The notes under the pieces were generated by a model. That model searched no databases, was not told where the DNA came from, and saw only the letters and a program-made list of their open reading frames with translations. Of a stretch of 64,000 nucleotides of DNA, positions 1-10,000 are shown in pieces. Position numbers and translations under genes: made by a program. Numbering within the stretch: position 1 is the first letter of the stretch; each line of letters begins with the position of its first letter. Origin of the DNA: an uncultured Pirellulaceae bacterium. Its GTDB lineage: Bacteria > Planctomycetota > Planctomycetia > Pirellulales > Pirellulaceae. The stretch lies in contig CAJQPP010000032.1 in the NCBI GenBank assembly GCA_905480235.1, positions 4,127 to 68,126 on the forward strand, given 5' to 3'.

Positions 1-438
1 GAGGGAAACCAACTGGGAGTAATTCCAACCAAAGACGCGCTGGCAAAAGCAAAAGATACCGGGTATGACCTGGTGGAAGTTGCACCGGAAGCCAAACCGC
101 CCGTCTGCCGTATCATGGACTATGGAAAGTTCCGATACGAAAAAAGCAAGAAGACCCAAAAGAGTAAATCCCACCAGACCAAACTCAAAGAGATCCGCGT
201 GCGGCCGAAAACGGGTCAGCACGATATTGATTTCAAAGTCAAGAAAGCCATCGGCTTTCTCCAGCACAAAGATAAAGTGCAAGTCACCGTCATGTTTCGC
301 GGTCGCGAATTAGCCCATATCGAAGAGGGGCAAAAAGTGATGGACGGCATCATTGCGATGCTGGACGAATACGGCAAAGTCGAAAGTCCGCCTTCCAAGC
401 AGGCGCGGCGGATGCATTGCACCATCGCACCTAAATAG
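1..438 (+). CDS. infC: translation initiation factor IF-3 (5' end outside window)
   Basis: Frame 1 is open from nt 1. The translation [51 protein letters not shown]...[25 protein letters not shown]...[16 protein letters not shown] matches the conserved IF-3 linker and C-domain pattern. The stop is TAG at 436-438. Confidence 0.93.
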   Translation, partial: EGNQLGVIPTKDALAKAKDTGYDLVEVAPEAKPPVCRIMDYGKFRYEKSKKTQKSKSHQTKLKEIRVRPKTGQHDIDFKVKKAIGFLQHKDKVQVTVMFRGRELAHIEEGQKVMDGIIAMLDEYGKVESPPSKQARRMHCTIAPK

Positions 439-754
439 ACTTGATCGACGACAATACGATTCTCAGGATCGATGGATCTGAATTCACCAAGCCGCGGCGC
501 TCTATGCGTCGCGGCTTCGTTGATGGGGCCCCGCCCGTTCGCGTCAAACGTTTCGAAACGGCTTCCCTGCCGCCCGTCACCGCCGCTCGGACGATTCGTC
601 CGGAGCAGGCCTCCGTGGTGTCCCCAATTTCTGAACGGCCGGTGGAATAATCCGGCGATGTGTCCGGGGTGAATTGACGGTGTTGGGTTCGCACCGTCAT
701 CCGTTTCGCCCCTTGAAAAAAAAGAACCACTGGTTTAACGTCAATCATGCCAGC

Positions 755-975
755 GAAAAGGTGCTCTCGATTCCAGCCAGGAATTGGGAGGTAACAGGGA
801 ATCCAGTCCGATTCTGGAACGGCCCCGCCGCTGTAGGTGACAGACGTCCGGTTTTCTATTGCCATTGCATTCCTTAGGGGATGCGAGAAGGCACCGGAAT
901 TTCTTCTGGGTTTTTACGTGCATGTTTTGCACGCGAGGCCTCCGAAGCTGCATAAGTCAGAAGACCTACCTTTTC
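755..975 (+). promoter_or_regulatory. cobalamin (adenosylcobalamin/B12) riboswitch
   Basis: nt 792-836, AACAGGGAAUCCAGUCCGAUUCUGGAACGGCCCCGCCGCUGUAGG, fits the conserved core AGGGAA..GGU..A..CC..CCCGC.ACUGUA. nt 860-894, GCCAUUG...GGGGAUG..GAAGGCACC, resembles the GCCACUG...GGGAAGGC segment. nt 953-969, AAGUCAGAAGACCUACC, fits the B12 box (AGYCMGGAGACCKGCC). GGUGC (759-763) can pair with GCACC (890-894). CCUUUUC (968-974) is complementary to GGAAAAGG (1031-1038), which lies just before the ATG at 1039. The outer boundaries are approximate. Confidence 0.8.
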
Positions 976-1038
976 GTTTTCATGGCTGATCCTGCGCGGG
1001 TGGGACGCTGTGAGGTCATTTACTGATCCAGGAAAAGG

Positions 1039-1896
1039 ATGCGCGGTCGTCGATACGATCCGGTGCCTTTGAAAATATTTCGACCCCCTCAGGATTCGAT
1101 GCTGCGTTTATTGCGCCCAAGGTTTGCCTTCACACTTGTTGAGCTGCTGGTCGTCATCGGAATCATATCGATTCTGCTTGGTCTGCTTTTACCTGCGGTG
1201 CAACAGGTTCGTGAATCGGCACGCCGCACCGCCTGCTCCAGTCATCTCCGACAAATTGGCTTGGCTTTAGCAAACTATCATGCGACGTATCGAAAATTAC
1301 CGGTGGGTTGCATGGAGTGGCGCTCCGGTAGTGATCCAGGGCAACGCCAACTAGCTTGGTCGGCCCAAATCCTGCCTCAGTTGGAGCAGATTCCGCTGTC
1401 CCAACAACTCGACCTGGCTCAGGCTTTTGATTCATTGGAAAACCGGGTGGCGGCCGCCGTCACCGTGCCGGTTTTTTTGTGTCCTTCCTCCGCCGAGCTT
1501 GGCCGTGATTCTAAGCGGGGTCGAATTGATTACGGAGGCATTTACGGTGAACGAATCAGTGGGCCCAATAATCCACCCAAGGGAACGATGCTGATTGATC
1601 GCGCCATTCGATTTCGCGAAATCAGCGACGGCCTGTCGCAAACACTCGTGGTCGGTGAAGACGCCGGATGGTCGGATGGCGAATGGGTCAACGGACGCAA
1701 CATTTTTGACCAAGCGTTTGGAATCAATGCCGCCCCGGATTTTGAAAATGACCTGCGCAGCGACCATCCGGGCGGAGTTAACGTGCTGTTTTGCGACGGT
1801 CATGTGCGATTTTTGAGCGACGAATTTAATCTTAAAACGCTGGCTGCCATCTGCACGCGGGGCGGAAACGAAATCGTGAATCCCATGGACCAATGA
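1039..1896 (+). CDS. DUF1559 family pseudopilin-like protein (prepilin-type N-terminal cleavage/methylation motif and C-terminal H-X9-DG motif)
   Basis: The N-terminus ...RPRFAFTLVELLVVIGIISILLGLLLPAVQQVRESARRTACSSHLRQIGLALANYH is the typical type IV prepilin-like helix of DUF1559 proteins. The C-terminus HPGGVNVLFCDGHVRFL is the H-X9-DG motif. The ATG at 1039 is preceded by GGAAAAGG. An alternative ATG at 1099 would give a shorter, more typical leader (MLRLLRPRFA|FTLVE). Confidence 0.85.
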   Translation: MRGRRYDPVPLKIFRPPQDSMLRLLRPRFAFTLVELLVVIGIISILLGLLLPAVQQVRESARRTACSSHLRQIGLALANYHATYRKLPVGCMEWRSGSDPGQRQLAWSAQILPQLEQIPLSQQLDLAQAFDSLENRVAAAVTVPVFLCPSSAELGRDSKRGRIDYGGIYGERISGPNNPPKGTMLIDRAIRFREISDGLSQTLVVGEDAGWSDGEWVNGRNIFDQAFGINAAPDFENDLRSDHPGGVNVLFCDGHVRFLSDEFNLKTLAAICTRGGNEIVNPMDQ

Positions 1897-2756
1897 ACTT
1901 TTCTACATCTACTAATCAGGAATCTACAACTATGAATGTTTTAAGAACGGATAAGTCGATGGCGGTTGCCATCGCGACCACTTGCTTCGCATCGATTGCC
2001 TTTTTGCTAAACACGTCAGCGATTGTGCAGGCAGAGATCGTTGATTTTGAGGAATTAAATCTAAACCCTAACTCTTTTTTCGACGGCTATGGTGGCAATG
2101 CTCAGTCGGGTACTTGGACATCCGGTTCGGCAACGTTTAATACCAACCTGTTTGGGCCCGGCTGGAGTTATTCAAATGTCAATGATTCCACGACCGCCGG
2201 CTTTACCAATCAATGGGCTGCCTACCCGGGCACAGGTTTTGGCGGCAGCGGCAATTACGCACTCGCGAACTCTTTTGCTTCCAATGGTGCTTACATCAAT
2301 TTGTCACAATCGATGACTGCAATCGAAGTGCAGGTCACCAATTCCACTTATGCCGCACTTTCGATGCGTGACGGTGACGGTTTCGGAAAAATGTTTGGCG
2401 GAGATTCGGGGGATGATGAAGATTTTTTCACGGTGACCTTCACGGGTTTTTCCGGACTCAATAAAACGGGTTTGGAAACGGGTCGTGTCGATTTCTATCT
2501 TGCCGATTACCGATTCAGTGACAACTCGCAAGATTACATCATCGCAGATTGGAACGCGGTTGATTTATCCGCGCTGGGTACCGTGCAATCAGTCGCCATC
2601 GGATTGGCCAGCAGCGACAATGGCCAATTCGGGATGAACACGCCGTCCTATGTCGCGATCGACAGTTTGCGTTTCAATTCCGTCCCCGAGCCTTCTGGAT
2701 TCATTCTGGTACCGCTCGGCTGTGTGGCTCTGTTGAGGCGATCGAGACGTCGCTAG
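1893..2756 (+). CDS. secreted DUF4465-like protein with PEP-CTERM sorting signal
   Basis: It overlaps the upstream gene by 4 nt (ATGA). It has a signal/anchor segment (MAVAIATTCFASIAFLLNTSAIVQA). The body motifs are WSYSNVNDSTTAGFTNQW, GSGNYALA, VTNSTYAALSMRDGDGFGKMFGG, FYLADYRF, WNAVDLSALG and GMNTPSYVAIDSLRF, which match my recollection of DUF4465. The C-terminus VPEPSGFILVPLGCVALLRRSRRR is a PEP-CTERM motif followed by a TM helix and a basic tail. Confidence 0.7.
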   Translation: MNFSTSTNQESTTMNVLRTDKSMAVAIATTCFASIAFLLNTSAIVQAEIVDFEELNLNPNSFFDGYGGNAQSGTWTSGSATFNTNLFGPGWSYSNVNDSTTAGFTNQWAAYPGTGFGGSGNYALANSFASNGAYINLSQSMTAIEVQVTNSTYAALSMRDGDGFGKMFGGDSGDDEDFFTVTFTGFSGLNKTGLETGRVDFYLADYRFSDNSQDYIIADWNAVDLSALGTVQSVAIGLASSDNGQFGMNTPSYVAIDSLRFNSVPEPSGFILVPLGCVALLRRSRRR

Positions 2757-2873
2757 GGTCGGTGATGGCTAGGGCTTGGCCAAGCAATCGAAAGAAGGGT
2801 TCCATAAGGGACCGGCGCCGCATTGGCTTTGGCTTTGGCATCCGATGGATGCTAAGTTTTTTTCGAGCTGCCA

Positions 2874-2908
2874 CAAAAAAAGCCGCGACACGAGATGTGC
2901 CGCGGCTT
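2874..2908 (-). terminator. rho-independent terminator for the 2949..4340 gene
   Basis: The minus strand reads AAGCCGCG-gcacatctcgtgt-CGCGGCUU followed by UUUUUU. This is an 8-bp GC-rich stem plus a U-run about 40 nt downstream of the stop codon. Confidence 0.7.
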
Positions 2909-2948
2909 CGCTTGGTTAATCGACATCCGTGTCAATTAAACATGATTC

Positions 2949-4340
2949 CTAGAAGCTACGTTCGATGCCACAAGTGAGACCGTGCAGCAGCAAGTTGCCA
3001 TTGGATTTCACCCGTTGTGTATCTTGGACATCCGTGTAGTAGCGAGGAATTTGATCGCCAGCCAGGGCGACGCCCGAGATACCGATGGCCCGATATCCGA
3101 GGTTGAATCTTGTGCAGGCGTTGAATTGATAATTCAATCCGAGTTCCAATTCACCCAGAGTCGAGACGTCCTTTTTGCGGGAAGTAAGCCAGTAATTGGT
3201 GTTACCTCCGTTCATGGTGGCAGTATTGCCAAGGCCGTCTTGGATGCTGTGGCGGGTGTAGGTGTCGTTGTTGTAAACACCAAACTTGGAACCCAGCGTA
3301 ATGGTCCAGCATTTACAGAGGCAGCGTTCCAGACGAGCTCCTAATTGCAGGCCCAGTAAATGGTTTTGAGCCAGCAAATCGTAATAGCATTCTTCGGGTG
3401 GGTTAGGCCCCGTGGCGGAGATACCTAGCTCCTCTTGAAAACTCATCCAGCGAATGCCGCCCAGCCATTCGAGGTTCATCGAATCTCCGAATAAACCACA
3501 AGTCGAACCGCCGTTACGCAGCAGGTTGAATTCCAGATTGTGAATTTCAGTTTCCCGCCTTAAACACCAATTGGTGGCATTATTCATGGCATCGTAAACT
3601 GAGACGCCTTCCAGATCGATGTTGGCGAGGCCATACAGATTCGAGTAGAGCGGAGCTCCTGAGAAACCGACGCAGGACGCTTCCGGGATCAGCCCCCAGT
3701 ATCCAAATTCCCATCCACGGCCGGTGCAGCCGCGATTGGAAATGGTGGCTTCCAGTCCGCCTAACCAATCATGCTGGGAGTCGGTGGAAAACAGCCAGTC
3801 ACCACTTGCGTTGTAACCCAAACTGATGTCGTCTTCGTAGTCACGTTCGAAAATCAGTGTGCGAACACCGACAACAATATTGCAGTCTCCCGAGTGAAGC
3901 ACGGAACCGATGCAGCACTTGCTGCAATTTCCGCAACCGCCGCATCCGGCGGTAGGTGCACACCCTCCACAGTTACCGGTGGCGCAACCGCCGCAGTTTC
4001 CTGTGGCACATCCCCCGCAATCGTCCGTAGCGCATCCATCACAGTTGTCCATCACAAACGGGCTTCCATCTACAACAACATCGTCCTGGACCGGTGGGCT
4101 GTTGTATTCCGACGGCGTCAACAAAGAAGGCTCGTCAATGGAGGGTTGTGGTGGTTCGGGAACCTGAGCATCACTGGGCGAGGCGGAGGGAACCGGCGTC
4201 TGGGGTGTCGCGTCCTGATAGGAGTAGCCATAAGACGAATAGTGAATGTTCGACTTTTGCTGAGCATGTGTCATTGCTACCAAAGAATGGCTTACGACAA
4301 TCGCCAATCCGGTTAACAAAATACGTTTCATCTGACTCAC
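2949..4340 (-). CDS. putative outer-membrane beta-barrel protein with N-terminal Pro-rich and Cys/Gly-rich repeat region (planctomycete BBP7-like)
   Basis: It has a signal peptide (MSQMKRILLTGLAIVVSHSLVAMTHAQ), a Pro-rich spacer and a CxxC-type repeat block. The C-terminal roughly 300 aa are rich in alternating aromatic/Gly segments (GWEFGYWGLIP, LELGLNYQF, FNLGYRAIGISG) and end in ...IERSF. A terminal Phe is typical of OMP barrels. Confidence 0.6.
   Translation of the reverse strand: MSQMKRILLTGLAIVVSHSLVAMTHAQQKSNIHYSSYGYSYQDATPQTPVPSASPSDAQVPEPPQPSIDEPSLLTPSEYNSPPVQDDVVVDGSPFVMDNCDGCATDDCGGCATGNCGGCATGNCGGCAPTAGCGGCGNCSKCCIGSVLHSGDCNIVVGVRTLIFERDYEDDISLGYNASGDWLFSTDSQHDWLGGLEATISNRGCTGRGWEFGYWGLIPEASCVGFSGAPLYSNLYGLANIDLEGVSVYDAMNNATNWCLRRETEIHNLEFNLLRNGGSTCGLFGDSMNLEWLGGIRWMSFQEELGISATGPNPPEECYYDLLAQNHLLGLQLGARLERCLCKCWTITLGSKFGVYNNDTYTRHSIQDGLGNTATMNGGNTNYWLTSRKKDVSTLGELELGLNYQFNACTRFNLGYRAIGISGVALAGDQIPRYYTDVQDTQRVKSNGNLLLHGLTCGIERSF
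3912..4043 (-). repeat. in-CDS tandem peptide repeat CGGCATGN (Cys/Gly-rich block)
   Basis: It encodes CDGCATDDCGGCATGNCGGCATGNCGGCAPTAGCGGCGNCSKCC. The adjacent 24-nt units differ at synonymous positions (tgc ggg gga tgt gcc aca gga aac versus tgc ggc ggt tgc gcc acc ggt aac). The peptide is therefore conserved, rather than the DNA repeat being recent. Confidence 0.85.
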
Positions 4341-4835
4341 TCCTTGACGCGAATCGACAGACGATGCTGGGATTCACGGGGACAGGCAATGAAGTTTGCC
4401 GTTTGCCACAGCGCAATTCTGCGGCTAACCAACGACAGACCTCGGTAGGGTTATGCCATCTGTTTCGGCAATGCCTGTAATCCCAAACAAGCCCATTTGG
4501 GCGGCTTCGTGCAAATTAGATAGGAGCAGGCGGACCAATCAGCAAGTTCAAAATATGCCGAACGATAGTTGAGAGTTCACCAAAATACGTACCCGAAAAC
4601 GTCAGCAAGCTCGCGGCAATCCTTACTGTTTGCCGCACTAACGCAATCGGAGCGCGTAGGCACGTCAGTTTCGGCTAAAAGAGCGAATCATTTGCCTGAG
4701 TGAAACTTTCGCGTCGTCCTGCAGGGTCTAGCTGATCGTTAACGTTTACCCCAGCGGTTCGCCGTCGCGGCGATTACCAATTGCCGGGGTGTCACCAGTG
4801 GCACGCGTCAGAGCATCCGTGACATTCAGTCAGAT

Positions 4836-5450
4836 TTAGACGGTAGCGGGCTTGATACCGAGTTGTTCGAGTGTGAGTAGCGATTGCAGCTTCACGCCTA
4901 CTTCGGCAAAGCGTTCGGCTCCGCCGGCTTGGCGATCAACGATGGCAATGGCACGGTCGATTATTAATCCAAATTCGCGAGCTCGCTCGATGGCTGCCAG
5001 GCAACTGCCGCCGGTGGTGACCACGTCTTCGAGGACCACGGCGCGTTGGCCGGCTAGAATCGGGCCTTCGACCTGTTGTCCTGTACCGTGATCCTTGGGT
5101 TGCTTGCGCACAATAAACCCGCTCAAGTGATGACCGCGTTGGTGAGCCAGTGTGATGACCGAGGCGGTAATAGGGTCCGCACCAATCGCCATGCCGCCGA
5201 CGGCGTCCGGTAAATCAGATTCCAAGAGATCCAACATGCCTGCACCCACGACATTCGCACCCTCGCTATCCAGCGTCAGTTTGCGACAATCGAGGTAGAA
5301 GTTAGCTTTTTTACCGGAGGCGAGTGTGAAATCCCCCGTTTTTAAGGCTAGGCGTTTCACCAGTTCGATCAATTGGTTTTGGTCGTACAATGTCGGCTCG
5401 CTATTTCTAAAATTCGGTTCGCTGAACGTTAGAAGAGTGGTCGTAGCCAC
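4836..5450 (-). CDS. pyrE: orotate phosphoribosyltransferase
   Basis: GDFTLASGKKANFYLDCRKL and the PRPP-binding loop VVLEDVVTTGGS match the type-I PRTase/OPRTase pattern, and the length is right. It has a GTG start. Confidence 0.85.
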   Translation of the reverse strand: MATTTLLTFSEPNFRNSEPTLYDQNQLIELVKRLALKTGDFTLASGKKANFYLDCRKLTLDSEGANVVGAGMLDLLESDLPDAVGGMAIGADPITASVITLAHQRGHHLSGFIVRKQPKDHGTGQQVEGPILAGQRAVVLEDVVTTGGSCLAAIERAREFGLIIDRAIAIVDRQAGGAERFAEVGVKLQSLLTLEQLGIKPATV

Positions 5451-5599
5451 CCTTTGATTAAGTACGATTGAACCAGTTTCGCTGCTCGATGTCGATAGTG
5501 GGTCGCGGCTTTTCGCACCCGGTTTTGGTACTGACCATGTGCAGACAACCGAATTCAGCGACTCGCACGCCTGAACCGCCCACAGGGGAACCTCACAGG

Positions 5600-6832
5600 A
5601 TGAATGATAAAAAACGCAACGCGATCGTATTATTGATGGATGGGCTCAATCCCTCGTATCTGTCGGCCCATGGTTGTACCTGGATCAACACGCCGGCATT
5701 CGATCAACTGGCGGCCGATTCGGTTGTCTTTGAGAGAGGGTTAACCGAGAGCGTTGATTCTCAAAAGGCGTTGGCCGCGTTTTTAGGAGAGTGTCATGCC
5801 GGCTTAGTCCATGCCGAGGATGCCAGCCTGTCTCCCGGCTTGTCAGCATTGGCTGAGGGCGGAGTGCAGCGTTTGTTATTGACCGATGACGTGTCTGCGC
5901 TGGCGGGCTTGGAATCGCATTTCGACCAGGTGATTGAATTGGGTCAGGCGGGTGAAGCCGCAGGATTGGAATCAGCCGAAGATATTGGTGATACCTTTTT
6001 GGCCCAATGCTTTGCCGGAGTCATCAACGAGTTACCCAAACAATCCGCGCCTTTTTTAGCGGTGATCCATTTAACTAATTTGACGCGTGTTTGGGACGCG
6101 CCTTTAGAGATGCGCGACAAGTATCGCGATGAAGAGGATCCCGAGGCGCTGAAAATGGTGACTGCCGTTCAACAAACGGGTGATTTCGATCCGGATGAAA
6201 TCCTCGGCGTCACGCACGCCTATGGTGCTCAATTGGAAACGCTCGATACCTGCTTGGATGTGTTTCTGCAAGAAATGCAATTGGATGGATTGTGGGAAAA
6301 TACGCGGATGGTACTGGCGGGGATGCGTGGTTTCCCGCTCGGGCATCGAGGCCAGATTGGGCACGCGCTGTCACATCTGGCCAGCGATGCCCTGCGCGTG
6401 CCGTTGTGGGTGCGCCCCGCCGACGCCGAAGCGGAATGGATGAGCCCCGCGCGGACGCATGAACTGACCTCAATTTCTGAATGGTTGTCCATCGCGACAG
6501 GTTGGATTTCGGGTGAAAAAAATGAACGCATGGAATCGGTATTGCAGGGTCGCACCGATGACCCACAAATGGCCTGTCATGGCGTCGTGATTTGCGAAAA
6601 TGCCGCTGCGGCTATCTGGACCCCGGCCTGGTTGCTGGTGGAAAAAGAGGGAGAGATTGAGTTGTTCGTAAAACCAGAAGACCGCTGGGATGTTAATCCA
6701 GTTCAGGATCGTTGCCGCGGCGTTGCCGAAGATCTCGAAAAAACGCTGGCAGATGCCTGTCGAAAACTGCGTGCGCATGAGGCACCCGACCTGAATTCGC
6801 TAGCAGATGAGCTGGTATTCGGGCTGGAGTAA
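5600..6832 (+). CDS. hypothetical protein, sulfatase/alkaline-phosphatase-superfamily-like N-terminus without a recognisable C-x-P-x-R motif
   Basis: NAIVLLMDGLNPSYLSAHGCTWINTPAFDQLAADSVVFERG resembles a sulfatase N-terminal strand/helix arrangement, but I could not see the formylglycine motif. I chose the ATG at 5600. The maximal ORF starts at 5468. Confidence 0.45.
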   Translation: MNDKKRNAIVLLMDGLNPSYLSAHGCTWINTPAFDQLAADSVVFERGLTESVDSQKALAAFLGECHAGLVHAEDASLSPGLSALAEGGVQRLLLTDDVSALAGLESHFDQVIELGQAGEAAGLESAEDIGDTFLAQCFAGVINELPKQSAPFLAVIHLTNLTRVWDAPLEMRDKYRDEEDPEALKMVTAVQQTGDFDPDEILGVTHAYGAQLETLDTCLDVFLQEMQLDGLWENTRMVLAGMRGFPLGHRGQIGHALSHLASDALRVPLWVRPADAEAEWMSPARTHELTSISEWLSIATGWISGEKNERMESVLQGRTDDPQMACHGVVICENAAAAIWTPAWLLVEKEGEIELFVKPEDRWDVNPVQDRCRGVAEDLEKTLADACRKLRAHEAPDLNSLADELVFGLE

Positions 6833-7046
6833 CTCGCGCTGGCAATTTGGCTAAACGAGGGCGTTCTGTGCTGTGATTCGCATGGACCTGATTCCATGGG
6901 GTTGGTAGTCTCCGCCACCCGTGTTACCGCAGATATCCCTCCGCGATCGGCTTGCCCGAACAGTGACGTTTTTTGGACAAGGAAGTCCATTGATCGCTTT
7001 GCTTTCCAATTTAGACCACCTGAGACTCAGTCCGCATTTTCCATCA

Positions 7047-10000
7047 GTGCGCGAACGGATTCAGCGATGCGCGCTAGGCTTGGCTTGTTTCAGTCTCGTG
7101 TTATCCGGTGCGCTTCCCACGTACGGTCAGGGAGAGTCGGTTGAGGCGGTTGCCCCGACTAAGTTGGAGCCTCAGCCATCAACTCAGCCATCAGCTCAGG
7201 AATCAACTCAGCAATCTGCTCAGCGATACCGTCTCAGAATTGTTTGGGGCGGTGGTGCGGCGACTCCTTGGCAGGGCAGTTTGGTGATGTCGAGCGGTCG
7301 TTTTGAAGCAATTACGACATTGGGATTCGAGTCCGATTCGGGCGCGTCTTTGAACGCCAACGGGAATGAATTAAAAATCCGGCCGGTGCGGCGATCGGAT
7401 TTCGGCGGCTTTGATATTGATATTGTTGGTTCGCAAACGAATGAGTTGTTGTTGACGTTATTGGCCCCGGAATTGGGAGTGGGGATTGAGCGTCAGGTTG
7501 TGGACCTGTCACCTTTGTTGGAACCAGCGCGGCAAAATGAGAGTTTGCAAATTCCATTGGATGACAGTGGAAACCGTTTGGATATCAACCGCGCGCCGGG
7601 CGACCGTTTGCCGGTAGTGATTTCCCGGGAGCATTTGGTTTTTGAGCCGGGGGAAGATTTTGAATTTGATCTACGCCCATTTCGGGGTACTTCGGATTCG
7701 CATTTCAGGTCCAATTTGCAGGTCGAGGTATTTGGTGAAGACCCTTCCCGGGCTGAATTCGAAGCTGCTTTTCCTTTGCAGCGAGAAGGTGGTTATTTCC
7801 GCACCGAGGCACCGATCCGATTCCCCGTGCCGGAGCGTGAAGGGGTTTACGAGGTCCGTTTAACACTGCGTGATGAAACGCTTGTGACTCGCTTAAACTT
7901 CAATCGACAGAAACTATCGCGGACCATGCAATTGGTGGTGGTGGCGCAAGAGGTCGTCGATGAAGCGGAGCAATTGGAAGAGATTGTGCTGTGGAACGAG
8001 GTATTCAATTCAGATGAAACTCGCAACCCATGGCTGGATCGGATTCCTGGAGTGCCGCAAATTCGAAATGCCTCCAGCAGTTCAGCGCTGAATACATTAC
8101 GCAACGAAGGCGTGGCAGCAGAAACCGTTGACGGAAAAAACTGGGTGCGGTTTGCCCCGGGCGGCTGGCAAGCGATCCCTCTGCAAATTGATGAATTGGG
8201 CAAGCCTCATATTATCGAAGTCGAATTTCTGGACGACGGTCCGATGGCGGTTGGTGTAAGTGTTTTGCAGCCCGATGCCGCTGGCCAGGTGGAACCGTTT
8301 GGAATCGATTCGGGGATCAGTATTCCCAGACCTCAGGGGGCTACGGCACCGGTTGTCCGTCGGCACCGGATCTTCTTTTGGCCGGAGCATGAAAAACCGT
8401 ATTTATTATTTGCGAACCGTCATGCGGAGGCTTCCGCATCGATTGGAACGATTCGCGTATTGGCTGGCCCGGACGAGTTGGCAGCCGCGATGGACGCATC
8501 CGATGCGTTGGGCGAAATGCCGGCCAGCGGTCGTCGCCAATTCGTTTCGTTTTACGAGAAACCGCTATTCGCCGAAAATTTTGCTGCCCCAAAAGCCTTT
8601 GACGGCACCACGGGGCAATCGTGGCACGATTGGAATACCTTTTTGACGGGTGCCGAACGTTGGGCCCAATATCTCAAGGCGAATGGTTATTCTGCGGCGA
8701 TGGTCGTGGTGGCGGGCGATGGCAGTGCTTTGTACCCGTCGCAATTGATGCAGCCCAACCCGCGCTACGACAGCGGTATATTCTCACCCGGCGGCACAGA
8801 TCCCATGCGGAAAGATGTGGTTGAGATGTTGCTGCGAGTATTTGCTCGCGAAGGCTTACAGCTTATTCCCGTCTTTCATTTCAATGCCCCGTTGCCTGCG
8901 TTAGAACAACAACGATTGGTTGCCGGTGATACGGCAGATGGCATCACACTATTTGATTTACAGGGTGATTCGCGAATCAACACACTGCGTGATGCGGCAT
9001 CATCGGTCTCCATTTACAACCCATTGGATCGTCGAGTGCAAACGGCATGGTCCGATGTCATGCAGGAATTCATGGATCGTTATCGTGACCATGGGACCTC
9101 ACTGGGTGGGGTTGGATTTCTGTACTCCAAGGACACTGTGCAGGTATTGCCGGGACAATCGTGGGGTAGTGACCCTGTCACGTTGCAGCGATTTCAGCAA
9201 GACATGGAATGGGCGAAGGACGCGGACGTCGATTGGTTCGCTCGGTTGTTAAACAGTGAGAATCGGGAGGCCTGGCTTACTTGGCGTCAAACAGAGATGT
9301 CCCATTGGATGGCGGAGTTGCAGGAGATTTGTCGGACTTCGGGCCCCGTTTATCTGCTTGGCGGTAATTTGTTTGAAACGCAAGATGCGTTTTCCGCTTT
9401 GGCCCCTTCATTGCGAAGAAGTGGCGATATGCAGGATGCTATGGCACGGATTGGATTACCGGTGCAACGCATCGCGGAGGATCCAAGTTTGGTTTTTCTG
9501 CAGCCGGGAGAATTGAGTCCCGAAAAATCGTTAGCCGAGAATCGTTTAAATATTCAACTGAATCAAACAGGGGAAGTCACACGCCTGTTTCGCGAGTTTG
9601 AAAATAGCGGGATGCTGTTCAGTCACCGTTATTCATGGGCCGAATTTGATCAACTAAAAAATCGACGAATGTTCGGCAAGTTGCAACAACAATCTCCCAT
9701 GCGTCTGCAACCCTTGACGCCCGTGGGAGCGTGGAATCGGCAGCATCTAGCCCGCAGCATTGCCGACCACGACAGTCAGTTTTTAGTCGAAGGCGGTTGG
9801 TTAACAGGCTTTGGTCAAGAAGAACATCTGTTACCACTGGTCGAAGTGTTTACGCAATTACCCAATGTGCGTTTTCTCGAAGTGCCCTTTGACGAGGCCA
9901 CGCAACCGCAGGTCGGCGTTATCATGCGACAGGTCATCGTGGGCGATCGAAATTGGTTTTATGCTGTGAATCCAACCCCTTGGCGACTCACCTGCCGCAT

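Noticed and set aside
431-865. 144-aa minus-strand ORF, plus several 66-69-aa plus-strand ORFs, between infC and the DUF1559 gene.
   Set aside because: They overlap the region that folds as a cobalamin riboswitch. They have no protein-like motifs or start context. GC-rich non-coding DNA commonly gives such ORFs. I could not assign any function to nt 440-750 beyond an 8-bp hairpin (AAGCCGCG...CGCGGCTT, about 488-516).
981-1140. Possible upstream ORF starting at ATG 981 between the B12 box and the DUF1559 start.
   Set aside because: It is in a different frame from the DUF1559 gene and runs about 53 codons into that gene with no RBS. It is most likely fortuitous.
2762-2977. 71-aa plus-strand ORF between the PEP-CTERM gene and the OMP gene.
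   Set aside because: It spans a strong terminator hairpin belonging to the convergent gene, and its sequence is Arg-rich and non-protein-like.
4341-4835. 495-nt ORF-poor leader upstream of the Cys-rich OMP gene, inspected for a second cobalamin riboswitch or another known RNA motif.
   Set aside because: I found no AGGGAA/GCCACUG/B12-box combination on either strand. Nothing there can be supported by eye.
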